The notes: generated from the letters alone by a model not told the origin. Positions 1 to 38,300 are shown, counted from the stretch's first letter. The stretch is 64,000 nt of DNA from Octopus sinensis (GCF_006345805.1 NC_043001.1:41106001-41170000); one strand, 5' to 3'. Translations and numbers: made by a program.

Positions 1-64
1 AATGAAAGGGTTAATTTCTTGTAGAACTAAAACAATTAAGACTACTTTATTTCTTATATTACAG

Positions 65-23861
<23,797 letters not shown>

Positions 23862-23932
23862 CATTGCTTTTGCTCATGTCTTTTCTATATGATGGACAAA
23901 ATTTATTTGAGGATATTGTAAATATATGTGTA

Positions 23933-23938
23933 AATAAA
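23933..23938 (+). terminator. Candidate SEL1L polyadenylation signal AATAAA
   Basis: First AATAAA after the stop (about 70 nt downstream), followed by T-rich sequence. Confidence 0.5.
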
Positions 23939-24484
23939 TTTTTCGATAAAGTTTATTGTATTCTTTTTAAAGAAAATATTCATTGTTGTTTTTAAAATGT
24001 AGTATAGTCACAAAGTAGGTAAGAGGTGACTATGTTTAAAGTTTGACAGTATAAAATTATGAGTTTAATCTATTTTATAGTCATTGAATGCAATACATTC
24101 ATCATCATCTAATGTTCATTTTCCATGCTGGCATGCATTGGACAGCTTGACAGGAACTGGCAGGGCCAAGGGCTGCACCAGGTTACATAAGCCTGTTTTG
24201 GCTTTGTTTCTATGGCTGGAAGCCCTTCCTAATGCTGGAAGCCCTTCCTAATGCTAACCACTTTACTGAGAGTACTGAGTGCTTTTTACATGGCACCTTG
24301 GTCTTAGGATCTCAATTCTGTTGTGGTGGTCAGGTCTTCTTGAGTACAGCTATGTGCCACATATCTTGGTCTTCTGCCATCTCCTTCACAAGGTTCAGCA
24401 TTTTGAGATCGGCTTTCAGTACTTCATTCCATATCTACCTGGGTCTCTCTCTTCCACATTACTTCTCTATTCAGAAAATAGGTA

Positions 24485-25774
24485 CGAGGGACGTTCAATA
24501 AGTAATGCCTCTGACCCACTTGCAGTTGTTTGATCTAGCTGAAATTTTGCATGTGCAATCATTTATATCTCTATAGAGTAAGTAGCAAATTACAGCTCTG
24601 AATTAATTGTGGTTTCTGATTTACAGGTGTTTGAACCGAGTCAAGTGTGAAATGGAGCCTGTTGAGTGTCGAGCAGTGCTCCGGTTTTTGTATTTGAAAG
24701 GACACACACCACGGGAGACTTTTGATGAAATGAAAGTAACTTATGGTGATGATGCCCCATCATATGAGCTTGTAAAACGCTGGCATCGTGAATTCAAACA
24801 TGGTCGGAACTCTGTGGAAACAGCTCCCAGATCTGGTCGCCCCCTTCTGCCATTGATGAGGCATCTGTCCGTCAAGTTGAGGCTGCTATTTTGGAAGATC
24901 AACGCATAATCATTCGCCAAATAGCCCATGAGGTCAAGATTAGTACCGGGTCTGTGGAAACTATCATTCATGACCATTTGCATATGCAAAAGGTGTCTGC
25001 CAGATGGATTCCCAGGTTGCTCACGCCTTTCCAGAAGCAAGAACGCGTCGAGTGCTCGAGGGTGAATTTGGAGATGTGACAAGAAGATGAGTCAAAATTT
25101 TTCAAAAGACTGATTACACAGGATGAAACCTGGGTCCATCACGATGATCCAGAGACCAAAGCCCAGTCAATGCAGTGGAAGCACCGTGACTCACCCCCTC
25201 CAAAGAAGGCAAGGGTGCAGCCCTCCGCTGGCAAGGTCATGCTCACAGTCTTCTGGGACCAGGACGGAGTAGTGATGACAGATTTCCTGGCAAAGGGTAC
25301 CACAATTGCAGGACCCTATTATGCTTCACTTTTGAGGAAATTAAGAGAAGTTATCAAAATCAAGAGGCGGGGCAAGATCAGCAAAGGCATCCTCCTCCTG
25401 CAGGACAACGCTCCGGTCCACAACTCGCTTGTCGCCAGATCATAAGCACAGGCGTATGGCTATGAACTCCTCCCCATCCCCCTACTTTCCTGACCTTGCA
25501 CCCTCTGATTTTCACCTCTTCCCAATCATGAAGTTGCTTTTGAAAGGAAAGCGTTTCCCAGATGATGCAGCCTTGATTTCTGAAGTCACGTTGAGGTTGG
25601 AGGACCAAGCTGGGTTCTTCTACAAAAACGGTCTCCAGAGCCGCATCAAACGATGGGAGAAATACGTAACTCTGGGTGGTTCCTATGTAGAAAAAGACTA
25701 ATAACTGTGCCAAGTTTCGTTGTTCTACTGCTATGGGAAGTGGGTCAGGGGCATTACTTATTGAACGCCCCTCG
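24485..25774 (+). mobile_element. Full-length mariner (DD34D type, 1290 bp) with frameshifts and stops, between the two genes
   Basis: TIRs cgagg(g/a)cgttcaataagtaatgcc with TA on both sides; WIPRLLT, TQDETWVH, LQDNAPVH, YFPDLAPSDFHLF. Confidence 0.95.
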
Positions 25775-26296
25775 TACTTATTTGACTGAAAGTATAAAAC
25801 TTATCTCAAAAAGTCATAGAGATGCTTGAACTTTCACACTGAGTATGGGTAGATATGGAAAGAAATGATTATTTAAAAATTTTATTTCCATTGTTTAACA
25901 TTTTAAAATTTTGAAAAAATTTCAAACACCAGTGAATATTTTGAGAATGGATTGAAATTTTGTTCCAAACATTTTATTGTTTTAAAATAGGGGTAAAATT
26001 CAGTTTTTAAAAATGTTTCACATTTAGAATATTTCCTTTACCATTAATGATATTACTCATTCTACAAATGTATAATAAAATTGAAGAGTTTTTCAAGATG
26101 TAAAAATAATATTAATATTTGAATACTGATTCCAGAAGACTGACATCTTTTATAATAGATACATCAGTTTGGTCTTTTTAGAGATAATAATTTAATCAGT
26201 TCATGTTTTTTTAGAAATGAAAATATATTCAAGAAAACTTATAGAAAATTGAATTAAGAAACAAAATAATATATTATTTTGAATAAAATGATTTCA

Positions 26297-26395
26297 TCAT
26301 GGTGTAGTAAATAGAAAAACACTCTGGATGTTATCCAGTAATAGTGGTAGTACAACTGACATTTCAGTATGGTTGGCAGCATCAGCTATAACAAT
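26297..26395 (-). CDS. Terminal exon with degenerate Walker B ([32 protein letters not shown])
   Basis: Long pyrimidine tract plus ctttcag acceptor, phase 0; aligns by eye to the ILVDEAGxATEPxxLIPL...VVLLGD segment; TGA at 26299-26297. Confidence 0.8.
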   Translation of the reverse strand: MVIADAANHTEMSVVLPLLLDNIQSVFLFTTP

Positions 26396-29300
26396 CTGAA
26401 AGATGGAAAAAAAAGTAAACTATTTAGGAAAACAAAAAGACCAATTTCTTTCTTTGCTTTTAAGTTTCACAAACTTTCATTGACTTTCAAGATTAAAATG
26501 ATAGTATAAATTTAATTTAAAAAATTGTAAAAATGATAAAAAAAGTTACTGTCCTCATCTATTATGGTAGATAAAGAAACTAAAGATATGAAGGCAGGAA
26601 AAGCTCCTTCTCCATTTGGAATCATTGCTGAAATGCTTAATATAGCTGATAGAATAAGATATGGCATTGTCATTGGTATAGTTAATCAGGTTTTACAAGA
26701 GGTTTCATACCCAGACTGGTATACTAGCATTTTAGCTAAATTTTACAAGAGTAAAGGAGATGCCTTAGAAGTAATTAGTGTTATCAAATTCTTGGACCAG
26801 CTCATGAAAGTTACAGGAAGAGTTATAGCTAAATTAATTAAGAGCAGAATTGGAGTAAATGAGGTGGGTACGATGTACCCAGTGTAAGTTATGGACACAT
26901 AAAAGATGCAGCAATATCAAAGGAAGGTTAACTGAGAAGATAGTTTTTTTCGTGTGGCAGATGCACATGGCAATAAACACTCAAGATGTACAGAAAACAG
27001 ATTCCATCACATGCGAGGGGAAAAAACTAGAAGTAGTTGATAGCTTCCGCTACATAAGTGACCCAGTCTCTAGTGGGGGTGGATGCTCTGAGAGTGTAGT
27101 GGCTAGAATAAGAATAAGAATAGCTTGAGCAAAGTTCAGGGAGCTCCTACCTCCGCTGGAAACTAAGGGCCTCTTAGTCAGAATGAAAGGTAAACTGTAT
27201 GATGCATGTGTGCGAACTGCCATGCTATATGGCAGTGAAAAATGGGTCATGACTGTTTAGGACATGCGTAGACTTGAAAGAAATTAAGCTAGTATGATTC
27301 GCTGGATGTGTAATGTTAGTGTGCATACACGACAGTGTGAGTGCCCTGAGAGAAAAGTTGGATATGAGGAGCATCAAATGTGGTGTACAAGAGAGACAAC
27401 TGCCTGGGTATGGTCATGTGTTGCATATGGAAGCGGACAGCTGTGTGAGGAAGTGCCACACCCTAACTGTGAAAGAGGTTGACCCAGGAAGACATGGGAT
27501 GAGGTGGTGAAGCATGGCCTTCAAACATTGGGCCTCACAGAGGCAGTGACAGGAGACCGAGACCTTTAAAGATATGCTGTGATTGAGAAGACCTGGCAAC
27601 TAAAGTGAGATCATAGCCATAGCCGATGCCAATGTTGCATGTCTGGCTCATTTAAAAGTACCCTTGATGCATTGGGTGACATGATATGCTTGAGAAGACC
27701 TGTTGAGTCAAGTAAAACCAAAATTGCAGCTGTGGCCAGTGCCCCCTGACTGGCTCCCATACTGGTGGCATGTAAAATGCACCATTCGATTGTGGTCGAT
27801 GCCAGTCCCCCCCAGACTGGCTCCTGTGCTGGTGACGTGTAAAAAGTACCATCTGAATGTGATTGAAGCTAGTCCCCCTTGACTAGCTCTCGTGCCAGTG
27901 GCACGTAAATATGATCGATGCCAGGGCCACCTGACTGGCTTCCATGCTGGTGCAAGTAAATATCACTTTCTGAATGTGATCAATGCCACAGTTGCCTGAC
28001 TGGCTCCTGTGCTGGTGGTATATAAAAAGCACCCACTACACTCTCGGGGTGGTTGGCATTAGGAAGGGCATCCAGCTGTAGAAACGTTACCAGATCAAAC
28101 TGGAGCCTGGTGCAGCCTGGCTTTTCAGACCTCTGTCAAACTATCCAACCCATGCCAGCATGGAAAACAGATGTTAAATGATGATGATGATGATTGGTGA
28201 AGACCAAATTCTTAGTAAGCAGGGAAATAGACAGGACTTTCCTTGATATGTAGGAAAGGTGTAGGTAGAAATTCTATATGGTCTACCCAGTGCAAGTTAT
28301 GGATACACAAGAGATGTATTGGAATCACAGGGAGGTTAAATGGAGAAAGTAGGCATTACATGTAGCAGATGTGCAGGAGCAATAAACACTAAAAATACAC
28401 AGGAAATAAGATTCTTTTGGACTGCTCAGTAAGTTCCCTTGAGGCAATAGATAGTTACTAAGTGACGAAATTAGCAGTGGAAGGAGGATTTCTGAAAGAG
28501 TTACTGGAATGAGAAGGGGATGGAGAAAGTTCAGAGCTATTATGCCTATTAGTAATGAAATATCTATCTCAGATTGAAAAAGCAAATTGTATGATGTTTG
28601 TTATGAACAGCAATGCTAGTGAGATGTGGGTCTTGAATACATAGGACCTATGAAGATTAAAAAGGAATGAACTAGATAGACTGCTCCATTGGATGTTCAA
28701 TGTAATTGTATGAGTATGACAAAATGCAAATATAATGAGAGAAAAATTGGATACATAATTCTTTCAGATCAAAATAATATAAGAATTATTGCATTGCATT
28801 TTTCCTTATTGAGTATACAAACCTACCATTTTCTTTTTGTTTAATTTCTTGAATAACTGTCGGTTTGTTGTCACAATGTTGCAAAAAATTATATTGGAAT
28901 TTTCCAATATATTTTCTTTGAACTTATTTGTTTGCAATGATACATCAATTCCAGTAGCTTTTAGCGTTTTCACAGTCTCCATGTACTTTTGAAACAAACT
29001 ATTCTTCCACAATAGATGTTCATGAAGATATGTGAGACCATCTTGTGAATTGATTGAAACATTTGATTGCCAGTATTTTTCAAAATAGCTGTCTTCTGTT
29101 TTTTCATCAGCTACTCTCATAATACAGTTTTCTAAGATCTGCTGAGTTTTCAATTGATCTGGAAATGGAAAGGAAATGTTCAAGTTTAACTGTGTAAAAT
29201 ATATTTCCATTATATACAAACGTTTTTCTTTTAGAGAATGTGGAGAACTGAAACTTGTGATACTCATGCCTTTCTAAAAAAAAAAAATACTAGTATCCTC

Positions 29301-32300
29301 AGGAAAATAAGTATAATCAAAAATTTAAAACCATCTGCTTCTTTGTCTTATATGTGTTATCTACAAAATATTTAAATTTCTCAAAGTAGATGGAATACAT
29401 GGAAGTGGAACACCCAGAAAGACATGGTATGAAGTACTGAAGAATGACTTCAGGACACTGAACCTTTCAGGTGAGATGACAAAGGACCAAGATGCCTGGC
29501 ACCTTGCTGTACTCAAGAAGACCCATACTCTGCAGTGGTGCCATGTAAAAGTGCCAGTGCTGCATAAAAGCATCCAGCACACTCTGTAAAGTGGTTGGTA
29601 TTAGGAAGTGCATCTAGCCATAGAAACCATGCTTAGATGTTAAATGATGATGATGTTCATAAACCCTTACATATACGATGAGGTGCAGTTGCACAGGTAG
29701 AAATTGAAACAATAACATTGTTATAAGGTGGAAGAATCACTTTATTATAAGCTAAAAACCACAGCTTTCACTGTCAGCTTATCATTTTTGAACTAAACAT
29801 AAATAAAAAGTATCACATCATTGTTAATTTTTACTGGTGCAATCACATGTACAATATTGTATCAAATACCAAAATGTATAATATATTTAAGGCAAACTCT
29901 GAAGAGACCACTTTTAATAAACAGAAGAGTGTGATGCTGTATATTAATGTAACATAAGCAATAAATAGAGAATTGTAATGATTTTAAAGGAATGGGTTGA
30001 ATATGAAAAATGTTAATTTATTAAGAAAAGTTAACAGTAGTTTGAATGGATATGTAATTTTCCTTTGACACCTAGTAGTAATTGTGGCACTCCGTCAGTT
30101 ACAACGAGGGTTCCAGTTGATCCGGTCAACGGAACAGCCTGCTCGTGAAATTAATGTGCAAGTGGTTGAGCACTCCACAGACATATGTACTCTTAACTTA
30201 GTTCTCGGGGAGATTTAGTGTGACACAGAGTGTGATAAAGGCTGGCCCTTTGAAATACAGGTACAACAGAAACAGGAAGAAAGAATGAGAGAAAGTTATA
30301 GTGGGAGAATACAGCAGGGTTCGCCACCACACCCTGCCAGAGTCATGGAGCTTTAGGTGTTTTCACTCAATAAACACTCATAATACCTGGTCTGAGTATC
30401 AAAACCATGATCCCATGACCACGAGTCTACTGCCCTAACCACTGGGCTATTGCACTTCCACTGTAACATATTCATAAAGATGAGATTATATATGGTATAT
30501 AAAGTAGAACTGCCTTCAGAGTGGTGTTTCTCCTTTTCTTCACAAAAAAAAATTAATTATAGTTAATAATCACCATGTCTATTGCAATCAACTATTATTT
30601 GTAATGTAGACTGTGATTACAAAACTGTCAAGCAGAGTACTTACTTGCTATTGCATCTAGTGTAGATTCATTCTTAGAACAAACAATAATTTGATAATTT
30701 TCAGTTTTTGCTCTGTCATTATTACTGGCTAAATATAACCATTCTACCAGTTTGATCATGCGAAAACCATCTGTTGGATATTCATATTTCACAATTTGCT
30801 CAGGAAAGCTATCCTCAACTGAAAAGTATTTTGAAAATACATTAATAAATGAGTATTAAATATTAAGGAAACCCCCACTCAACTGGGTGGGGTTACAGTA
30901 GAAGGGAAGGTGGCTTTATGCCTAGTGTTGAGAGATAAAAGTATGATAGAAGGGCAGAAATGATAAATAGCTACTTCACATTGTACAGGTACAGATGAGA
31001 GTAGCTGGAATGAAGATAATGATGGTGATGAGGTGTCAGAGCACACTCTCAAGGTACAAGACGGTGGGTATAAGAGGGGAAATTGAACTGAAGAGGGAAA
31101 TGTGGATGGTAAGTTCATAAATGTGAGAAGAGAAAGATGATTAGATATGTAATTAATAATATACAAGGAAGGCAGTGTGGCCAATGATAAAGGTACAAAA
31201 AAAAGAAAAGAAAAGAGAAAAAGTAGTTCATGAAGAAGTAGGTGATCAGTAGCAGCATAGAAAGGGTGGAGAACAACAATATAATAAACCTGCAATAAAA
31301 AAGAAAACAGGGAGCTGATGTGAGAATGGGGAAGAAAAAGATATACAAGGACAGTGATGAATATCAGAAATATGTAATGATGGTTGTAGTGAGTGAAGGA
31401 CAAAGGTGGGGGTGTTGATGGCAGATACGAAAAGGTGTTAAAAATGGGGTAAGACAGTTCTAAGATGTAGCTCAGGGAAGAGGGATACAGTCGGCGGTGG
31501 CTATCCTTGAAAGGGAGGGCGGAGGTGGCCAATGTGTTCATGGCATCGGTCATCATATACCGCCTAACCGTCGTCCCCTGTCCGGATTCGTGGGTGAACA
31601 AGTTGGAGAGGCAAATCTTTCGCTTCCTGTGGAAGGGTTCCACTCCTCTTGTGAGACGATCTGTCTGCTGTCAAAAGCCATTAAAGGGTGGGTTAGAGAT
31701 GCCTTGGCTGTTGATGCGCAGACATGCGCTGAGGTTGAGGCATCTTTGGCTCTACCTGGAAGGTGAATGGGTGTGGTCCCCGCTCACAAAACAGACGTTC
31801 CCCAGCTTTGGTGGTAGAGAAACCTGGTTTCGTCACAGACTAAGATCGAGTATGTGGTATTCGGAGTGCCGGAAGGCTCTCCTACGCTTCTGCAGCTTGG
31901 GCAATGCCGGTGGCTTTGGTACAACCGCAGCGTTCTATAGCAGGTTGGTAGAGGCCGGAAATGACGATACCCTGGGAAGGACCCTGGGTCTCGACGGTAA
32001 TCTGTTGGACAGCCTGTTCCAAAGGACATTCAGACCAGGGATGCTGGATAACTTTCAGAAGTCCCTGGCCTGGCAGTGTTACAGAGGAGCATTACCCGTT
32101 CGCGATAAACTCACAAGGCATGGTCACGGTGGACCTTCGGCCTGTCCAAGATGCAGGCGGGATGTGGAAACAGTCCTGCACGCCATTGTCCGGAAATTTC
32201 GGAAGTGTGGGTTTACGCCGAACACCTGTTGTCGGACGAAGGAAGAGTACAGCTGTCGTCTGAGTCAATCTTTAAAATTGACCCGCCTGGTTTCATGACG

Positions 32301-35300
32301 AACGAAGGCAAGCATTGCTTTCTCGTGATAGTAGCTGTTGCGAAAGAGGTGATATGGAGGACCAGAGTGAAAGGTATAATGTCAGACACCATGACCTCCG
32401 GCACCGCCCTAACGAACTTCTTCAGATTCCAGCTGAAGAGGAAGGTGGAGCTAGAGAATAGGTGTCTGACAGAGTCTGTATTCAAAAAAAGATGGATGCG
32501 TGTAGCACGGATGCTGGGTGTGAAAGGCCCTGCATGAACATGCCATGATCACCTACCAAAAGGTTTCAGCTAAAATAACGGCTCGTGGGTTTGGCTATCC
32601 TGTTCTTTTATCTTCATTGTTTATTTTGTTTATTTGTCCTTATTTAATTTTCATTGTAATTTCATCTCATTGTAAATAACCCATTCGATTTTATTGTAAA
32701 AAGTTCCATGTTGACCCCAAACATTGTATTGTCCCCATCTGTGTTAATCCGTATGGATAATAAAGAAATAGTGACTAGTGAAAATAAAGCAAGGAGAGAT
32801 AATATTTAGAATGTGGGATGGACGGTAAAGGAAGTGGTTTCAGGGAGAGGGGAAGGTAACTATTGAGTTGTCCGGAAAGTTCGTGCCAATTTTTAAAGGA
32901 AAGAAAAAGGTCAATAAATACTTGCCATTACATTTTTAATGAACCATTTTGTTGCACAATGCGTCTCCATCTTTCCTTTAACTTGAAAATACCCTCTTCC
33001 CAGAATTGAGGTGGTTTCATGGCAAAGAATTCATGAAGGTATCTTTTTACATCATCCAAGGAATTAAAATTTTTATCATTAAGACTATTCTGCAGAGACC
33101 TGGGTAAGTGAAAATCCGAAGGAGCAATATCTGGTGAATATGGAGGGTGGGGTAACACATCCCAGCTGAACTGCAATAATTTTTGTCTGGTTCTCAAAGC
33201 ATCAAGTGCCGAAAATGAACTTTCTTATCTTCCATTTTAAAGGGTTACAAAATTAACACAGGTTATAGGAACATAAACTTTCTTCCACGAAAAGATAGCT
33301 TAAACTGTGTTCTAAATGGAGGTGTAGTCAAATCCTATTTTATGAACTCAACCATGTTCTAAAGTAAGTCGAAAGGTAAGCTACTATAAATTGGCATGAA
33401 CTTTCCGGACAACCCAATAGTAACGTAAAGAGCAAGAAATATGTTTGGATTTTATTGTCATATGATTTATAACAGATGAACAGTACCATTGTTATAAATG
33501 TGAAGGTGGAAGGTGTTGGGAAGTTGAGAGGTGGGAAGAGTTTGACAGAAACAGGGCCCAGTGAGTGTATTCCCAAATCTAATGCTTTTAGCATCCCACT
33601 TTTACTGTGACAGATGGGTTTTATTGAATATGGTGAAATACCCTACCTTTATACATATATATACATAACTACATACAAAGCAATGTGCAATCACAGTAAA
33701 AACATGTTGGTCAATGTTATATATGCTGCAGAAAACTTTTTAATATTTAATAAAAAAGTTTTGGATGTGAATAAATCCCTACTCTCTGCTTGGTTATCAA
33801 TTCATATATAGGCAGAGTTTACGAAAAAAACAAAAGACGAAGACAGGTGGTGTACAAAACAAACAGATGTATTAGTATAATGCTCAGGAATAGAAAAAGT
33901 CTTTTACATTTTGAGCCTACGCTCTTCTACAGAAAGGGACATAGAAAAAAACAAAGAGAGAAAAAAATGAGTGTAGTGGCTAACGATCTATCATGGTGAC
34001 TGCCGGACAGAAGAGTCACACAGGTGAGCATATATATATACATGGAGAAAGCCTTCGACAGGGTCCCCCGATCCCTTATCTGGTGGTCAATGAGGAAACT
34101 AGGGATAGATGAATGGTTAGTGAGAGCTGTACAAGCCATGTACAGAGACGCTGCTAGTAAGGTGAGGGTTAGCACCGAGTACAGTGAAGAATTCAGGGTA
34201 GAGGTTGGGGTCCACCAAGGTTCAGTCCTCAGCCCCCTCCTATTTATCATAGTCCTCCAGGCAATAACGGAGGAATTCAAGACTGGATGCCCCTGGGAGC
34301 TCCTCTATGCTGATGACCTTGCTCTAATTGCTGAGTCTCTATCAGAACTGGAGGAGAAGTTTCAGGTGTGGAAGCAAGGTTTAGAATCGAAGGGCCTTAG
34401 AATCAACCTAGCCAAAACCAAAGTCCTAATAAGTAGGAAGGTAGACCAATCACAAACGCCTTCAGGTAGATGGCCTTGCTCGATCTGTAGAAAAGGCGTA
34501 GGTAGAAACTCCATAAGATGCACCAAATGTAAGCTATGGACATATAAGAGATGTAGTAATGTCAAAGGAAGACTAACTAAGAAAATAGTTTTTATCTGTG
34601 GCAGATGCTCAGGAGCAATAAGCTCTGAAAATATGCAGAGACCAACTTCTATCACCTTTCAGGGAGAAAAACTAGAAGTAGTTGATAGCTTCCGCTACCT
34701 AGGTGACCAAGTCAGTAGCGGGGGCGGGTGTGCTGAAAGTGTAACTGCTAGAGTAAGAATAGCCTGGGCAAAGTTTAGAGAGCTCTTACCCCTGCTGCTG
34801 ACAAAAGGCCTCTCGCTCAAAGTAAAAGGCAGACTGTATGATGCATGTGTACGTACAGCCATGCTACATGGTAGTGAAACTTGGGCTGTGACTGCTGAGG
34901 ATTTACGTAAGCTCGCAAGAAATGAAGCTAGTATGCTCCGTTGGATGTGTAATGTCAGTGTTCATAGTCGACAGAGTGTAAGTACCTTGAGAGAAAAGTT
35001 GGACCTAAGAGGCATCAGATGTTGTGTGCAAGAGAGACGATTGCGCTGGTATGGTCATGTGGCGAGAATGGACGAAGATAGGTGTGTGAAAAAGTGCCAC
35101 ACCCTGGCAGTTGAGGGGACCTGTGGAAGAGGTAGACCCAGGAAAACCTGGGTCAAGGTGGTGAAGCACAACCTTCGAACTCTAGGTCTCACCAAGGAAA
35201 TGACCAGAGACCGAGACCTGTGGAAGTATGCTGTGCGTGAGAAGACCTGGCAAGACCAGTGAGAACAATCAAAATCAAATCATATATCAGAAAGCAGGGG

Positions 35301-38300
35301 TTAAGTGACCCATCCGTTCGTGTCCGCTGCCAGCCTCGTCTGGCACCCGTGTCGGTGATACGTAAAAGCACCATCCGTTCGTGGCCGTTGTGCCAGCTCT
35401 GTCTGGCACCTGTGCAGGTGGCACGTAAAAAGCACCCACTACACTCGTGGAGTGGTTGGCGTTAGGAAGGGCATCCAGCCGTAGAAACACTGCCAAATCT
35501 GACTGGGCCTGATGAAGCCTTCCGGCTTCACAGACCCCAGTTAAACCGTCCAACCCATGCTAGCATGGAAAACGGACGCTAAATGATGATGATGATGATG
35601 ATGATAATAAGGAATAAGTAATGAAATTGTTGTTTATAGTGCTCAGGTGCACAGCAACACATCAAAGGTGCATGTATAGCACATACAATTATGTACAAAA
35701 CTCAGGAAAATGAACAGCGTATGAGTCATGATATACATATGAGCATGCGTATGGAGGGGTGGATATCAGGTGTAGTGTTGCTGACTTTAAGGAAGCATGG
35801 TGGTTTTTAAAAGATACAATGTCTTGGCAACTAACAACTGATGCAGGTAGTTTGTTTCGTGCATCAGCATCACTGAGTGTGAAAAAATGTTTTCAAAAGT
35901 CACAGAGGGGTGCTGTTTTCTGACTTTGTAGGTGTACTTATGTGTGTTAGACACGTGGAGCTCAAAAGGTGCTCAAGGTGGTTGTTGGCATGATGGTTAA
36001 TTATTTTGTGGGTGTTTACCAAGTCAGTTACCAGACGTCAGAGTTTCAATTTCTCATTTCCCAGGGTAGCAATATAGCCAGAGGGGAAGCAGATAAGAAA
36101 AAATTTGCCAATGTTCTGCACCGTGAGGACCAAAGACTTGAAGTATTTCGTGTAGCAAGACGGTGTGCGAGAGAGAATTGTGATGTGGTAGGAGAGAAAT
36201 ATGTTTGTATGGATGATGGTTCACTTGCACTAAACGAGGCTGCAAAGAGAGAGGTTTGGAGACGCCTCTATGAAAGGTTGCTCAATAAAGAGAATGAATG
36301 GGAGAAAGAGAGTTTGCCGAATGTCAACCCAACAGAGGGACCAGCTATCCGAATTGACAGTACCTTGGTAGTTAAAGCAATCAAGAGTATGAAGGCAGGG
36401 AAAGTCCCTGGCCCATCAGGAATCACTGCAGAGATTCTCAAAATATCTGGCAGTGTCAGCTATAGCATAGTCACCCGTATAGTTAACCAGGTGATACATG
36501 AAGGAGTCATACCCAATGACTGGTGTAGCAGCACCATAGTCAACTGCTACAAAGGAAAAGGTGATACCTTAGATACAAATAATTACAGAGGTTTCAAGTT
36601 GCTGGATCAGGTAATGAAGGTCACGGAGAGGGTCATAGCCCAACTAATTAGGGAGAGAATCAGTTTAGATGAGATGCAGTTTGGGTTTGTGCCAGGGAAA
36701 AGCACCACTGATGCTATATTCCTGGTAAGACAGATGCAGGAGAAATACCTAGCCAAAGATAAACCTCTGTACTTGGCTTTCGTTGACATGGAGAAAGCCT
36801 TTGACAGAGTCCCCCGATCCGTTATCTGGTGGTCAATGAGGAAACTAGGGATAGATGAATGGTTAGTGAGACCTGTGCAAGCCATGTACAGGGATGCTGT
36901 TAGTAAGGTGAGGGTTCGCAACGAGTACAGTGAAGAATTCCAGGTGGAAGTAGGGGTCCACCAAGGTTCAGTCCTCAGCCCCCTCCTATTTATCATAGTT
37001 CTCCAAGCAATAACAGAAGAATTCAGGACAGGATGCTCCTGGGAGCTCCTCTATGCTGACAACCTTGCTCTAATTGCTGAGTCACTATCAGAACTAGAGA
37101 AGTTTCAGGTGTGGAAACAAGGATTAGAATCAAAGGGGCTTAGAGTCAACCTAGCTAAAACCAAAGTCCTAATAAGTAGGAAGGTAGACAAATCACAAAC
37201 ACCTTCAGATAGATGGCTCTGCTCGATCTGTAGAAAAGGCATAGGTAGAAACTCTATAAGATGTACCCAGTGTAAGCTATGGACACATAAGAAGTGCAGC
37301 AATATCAAAGGAAGGCTAACTAGGAAGATAGTTTTTGTATGTGGCAGATGCTTAGGAGCAATAAACACAGGAAATGTGCAGAGAACAACTTCCGCATCAT
37401 TCCAGGGAGAAAAACTAGAAATAGTTGATAGCTTCCGTTAGCTAGGTGACCTAGTCAGTAGCGGGGGAGGGTGCTCTGAATGTGTAGCTGCTAGAATAAG
37501 AATAGCCTGGGCAAAGTTCAGAGAGCTCTTACCTCTGTTGGTGACAAAGGGCCTCTCTCTCAGAGTAAAAGGCAGACTGTATGACGCATGTGTACGAACA
37601 GCCATGTTACATGGCAGTGAAACATGGGCCATAACTGCTGAGGACATGCGTAAGCTCGCAAGAAATGTAGCCAGCATGCTCCGAGGGATGTGTAATGTCA
37701 GTGTTCATACTTGACATAGTGTAAGTACCTTGAGAGAAAAGTTGGACCTAAGAAGCATCAGTTGTAGTGTGCAAGAGAGACAATTGCGCTGGTATGGTCA
37801 TGTGGCGAGAATGGATGAAGATAGTTGCGTGCAAAAGTGCCAGACCCTACCGGTTGAGGGAACCTGTAGAAGAGGTAAACCCAGGAAAATCTGGAACGAG
37901 GTGGTGAAGCACAATCTTCGAACATTAGGTCTCACCGAGGCAATGACTAGTGACCGAGACCTTTGGAAGTATGCTGTGCATGAGAAGACCCAGCAGGACA
38001 AGTGAGACCATAACCCATGGCCTCTGCCAGCCCACTTATGAATACCTTTCCTTCTTGGGACACAAAACTCTGCTTGCAAAGACCTGTTGAGGTAAGCGAA
38101 ATCGGAATCGAAATCTCTCAAAAATCAATGGAAATTGTCGTTGTGATACCAGTGCCGGTGGCACGTAAAAGAACCATCCAAACGTGGCCGTTGCCAGCGC
38201 CACCCCAACTGGCCTCTGTGCTGGTGGCACATACTAAGCACCAACTGATTGTGATCGTTGCCAGTCTCGCCTGGCACCGTGCTGGTGGCACATAAAAAGC

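Noticed and set aside
30879-31643. 254-aa hydrophobic minus-strand ORF that could look like a membrane protein
   Set aside because: Low-complexity pyrimidine-rich strand, partly antisense to the Tx1 LINE, with no motif or fitting splice sites; probably a decayed repeat.
33680-33730. Possible exon [16 protein letters not shown] resembling a Q motif
   Set aside because: Its phases (2 to 0) do not fit between the 42293 donor and 30818 acceptor, both phase 1.
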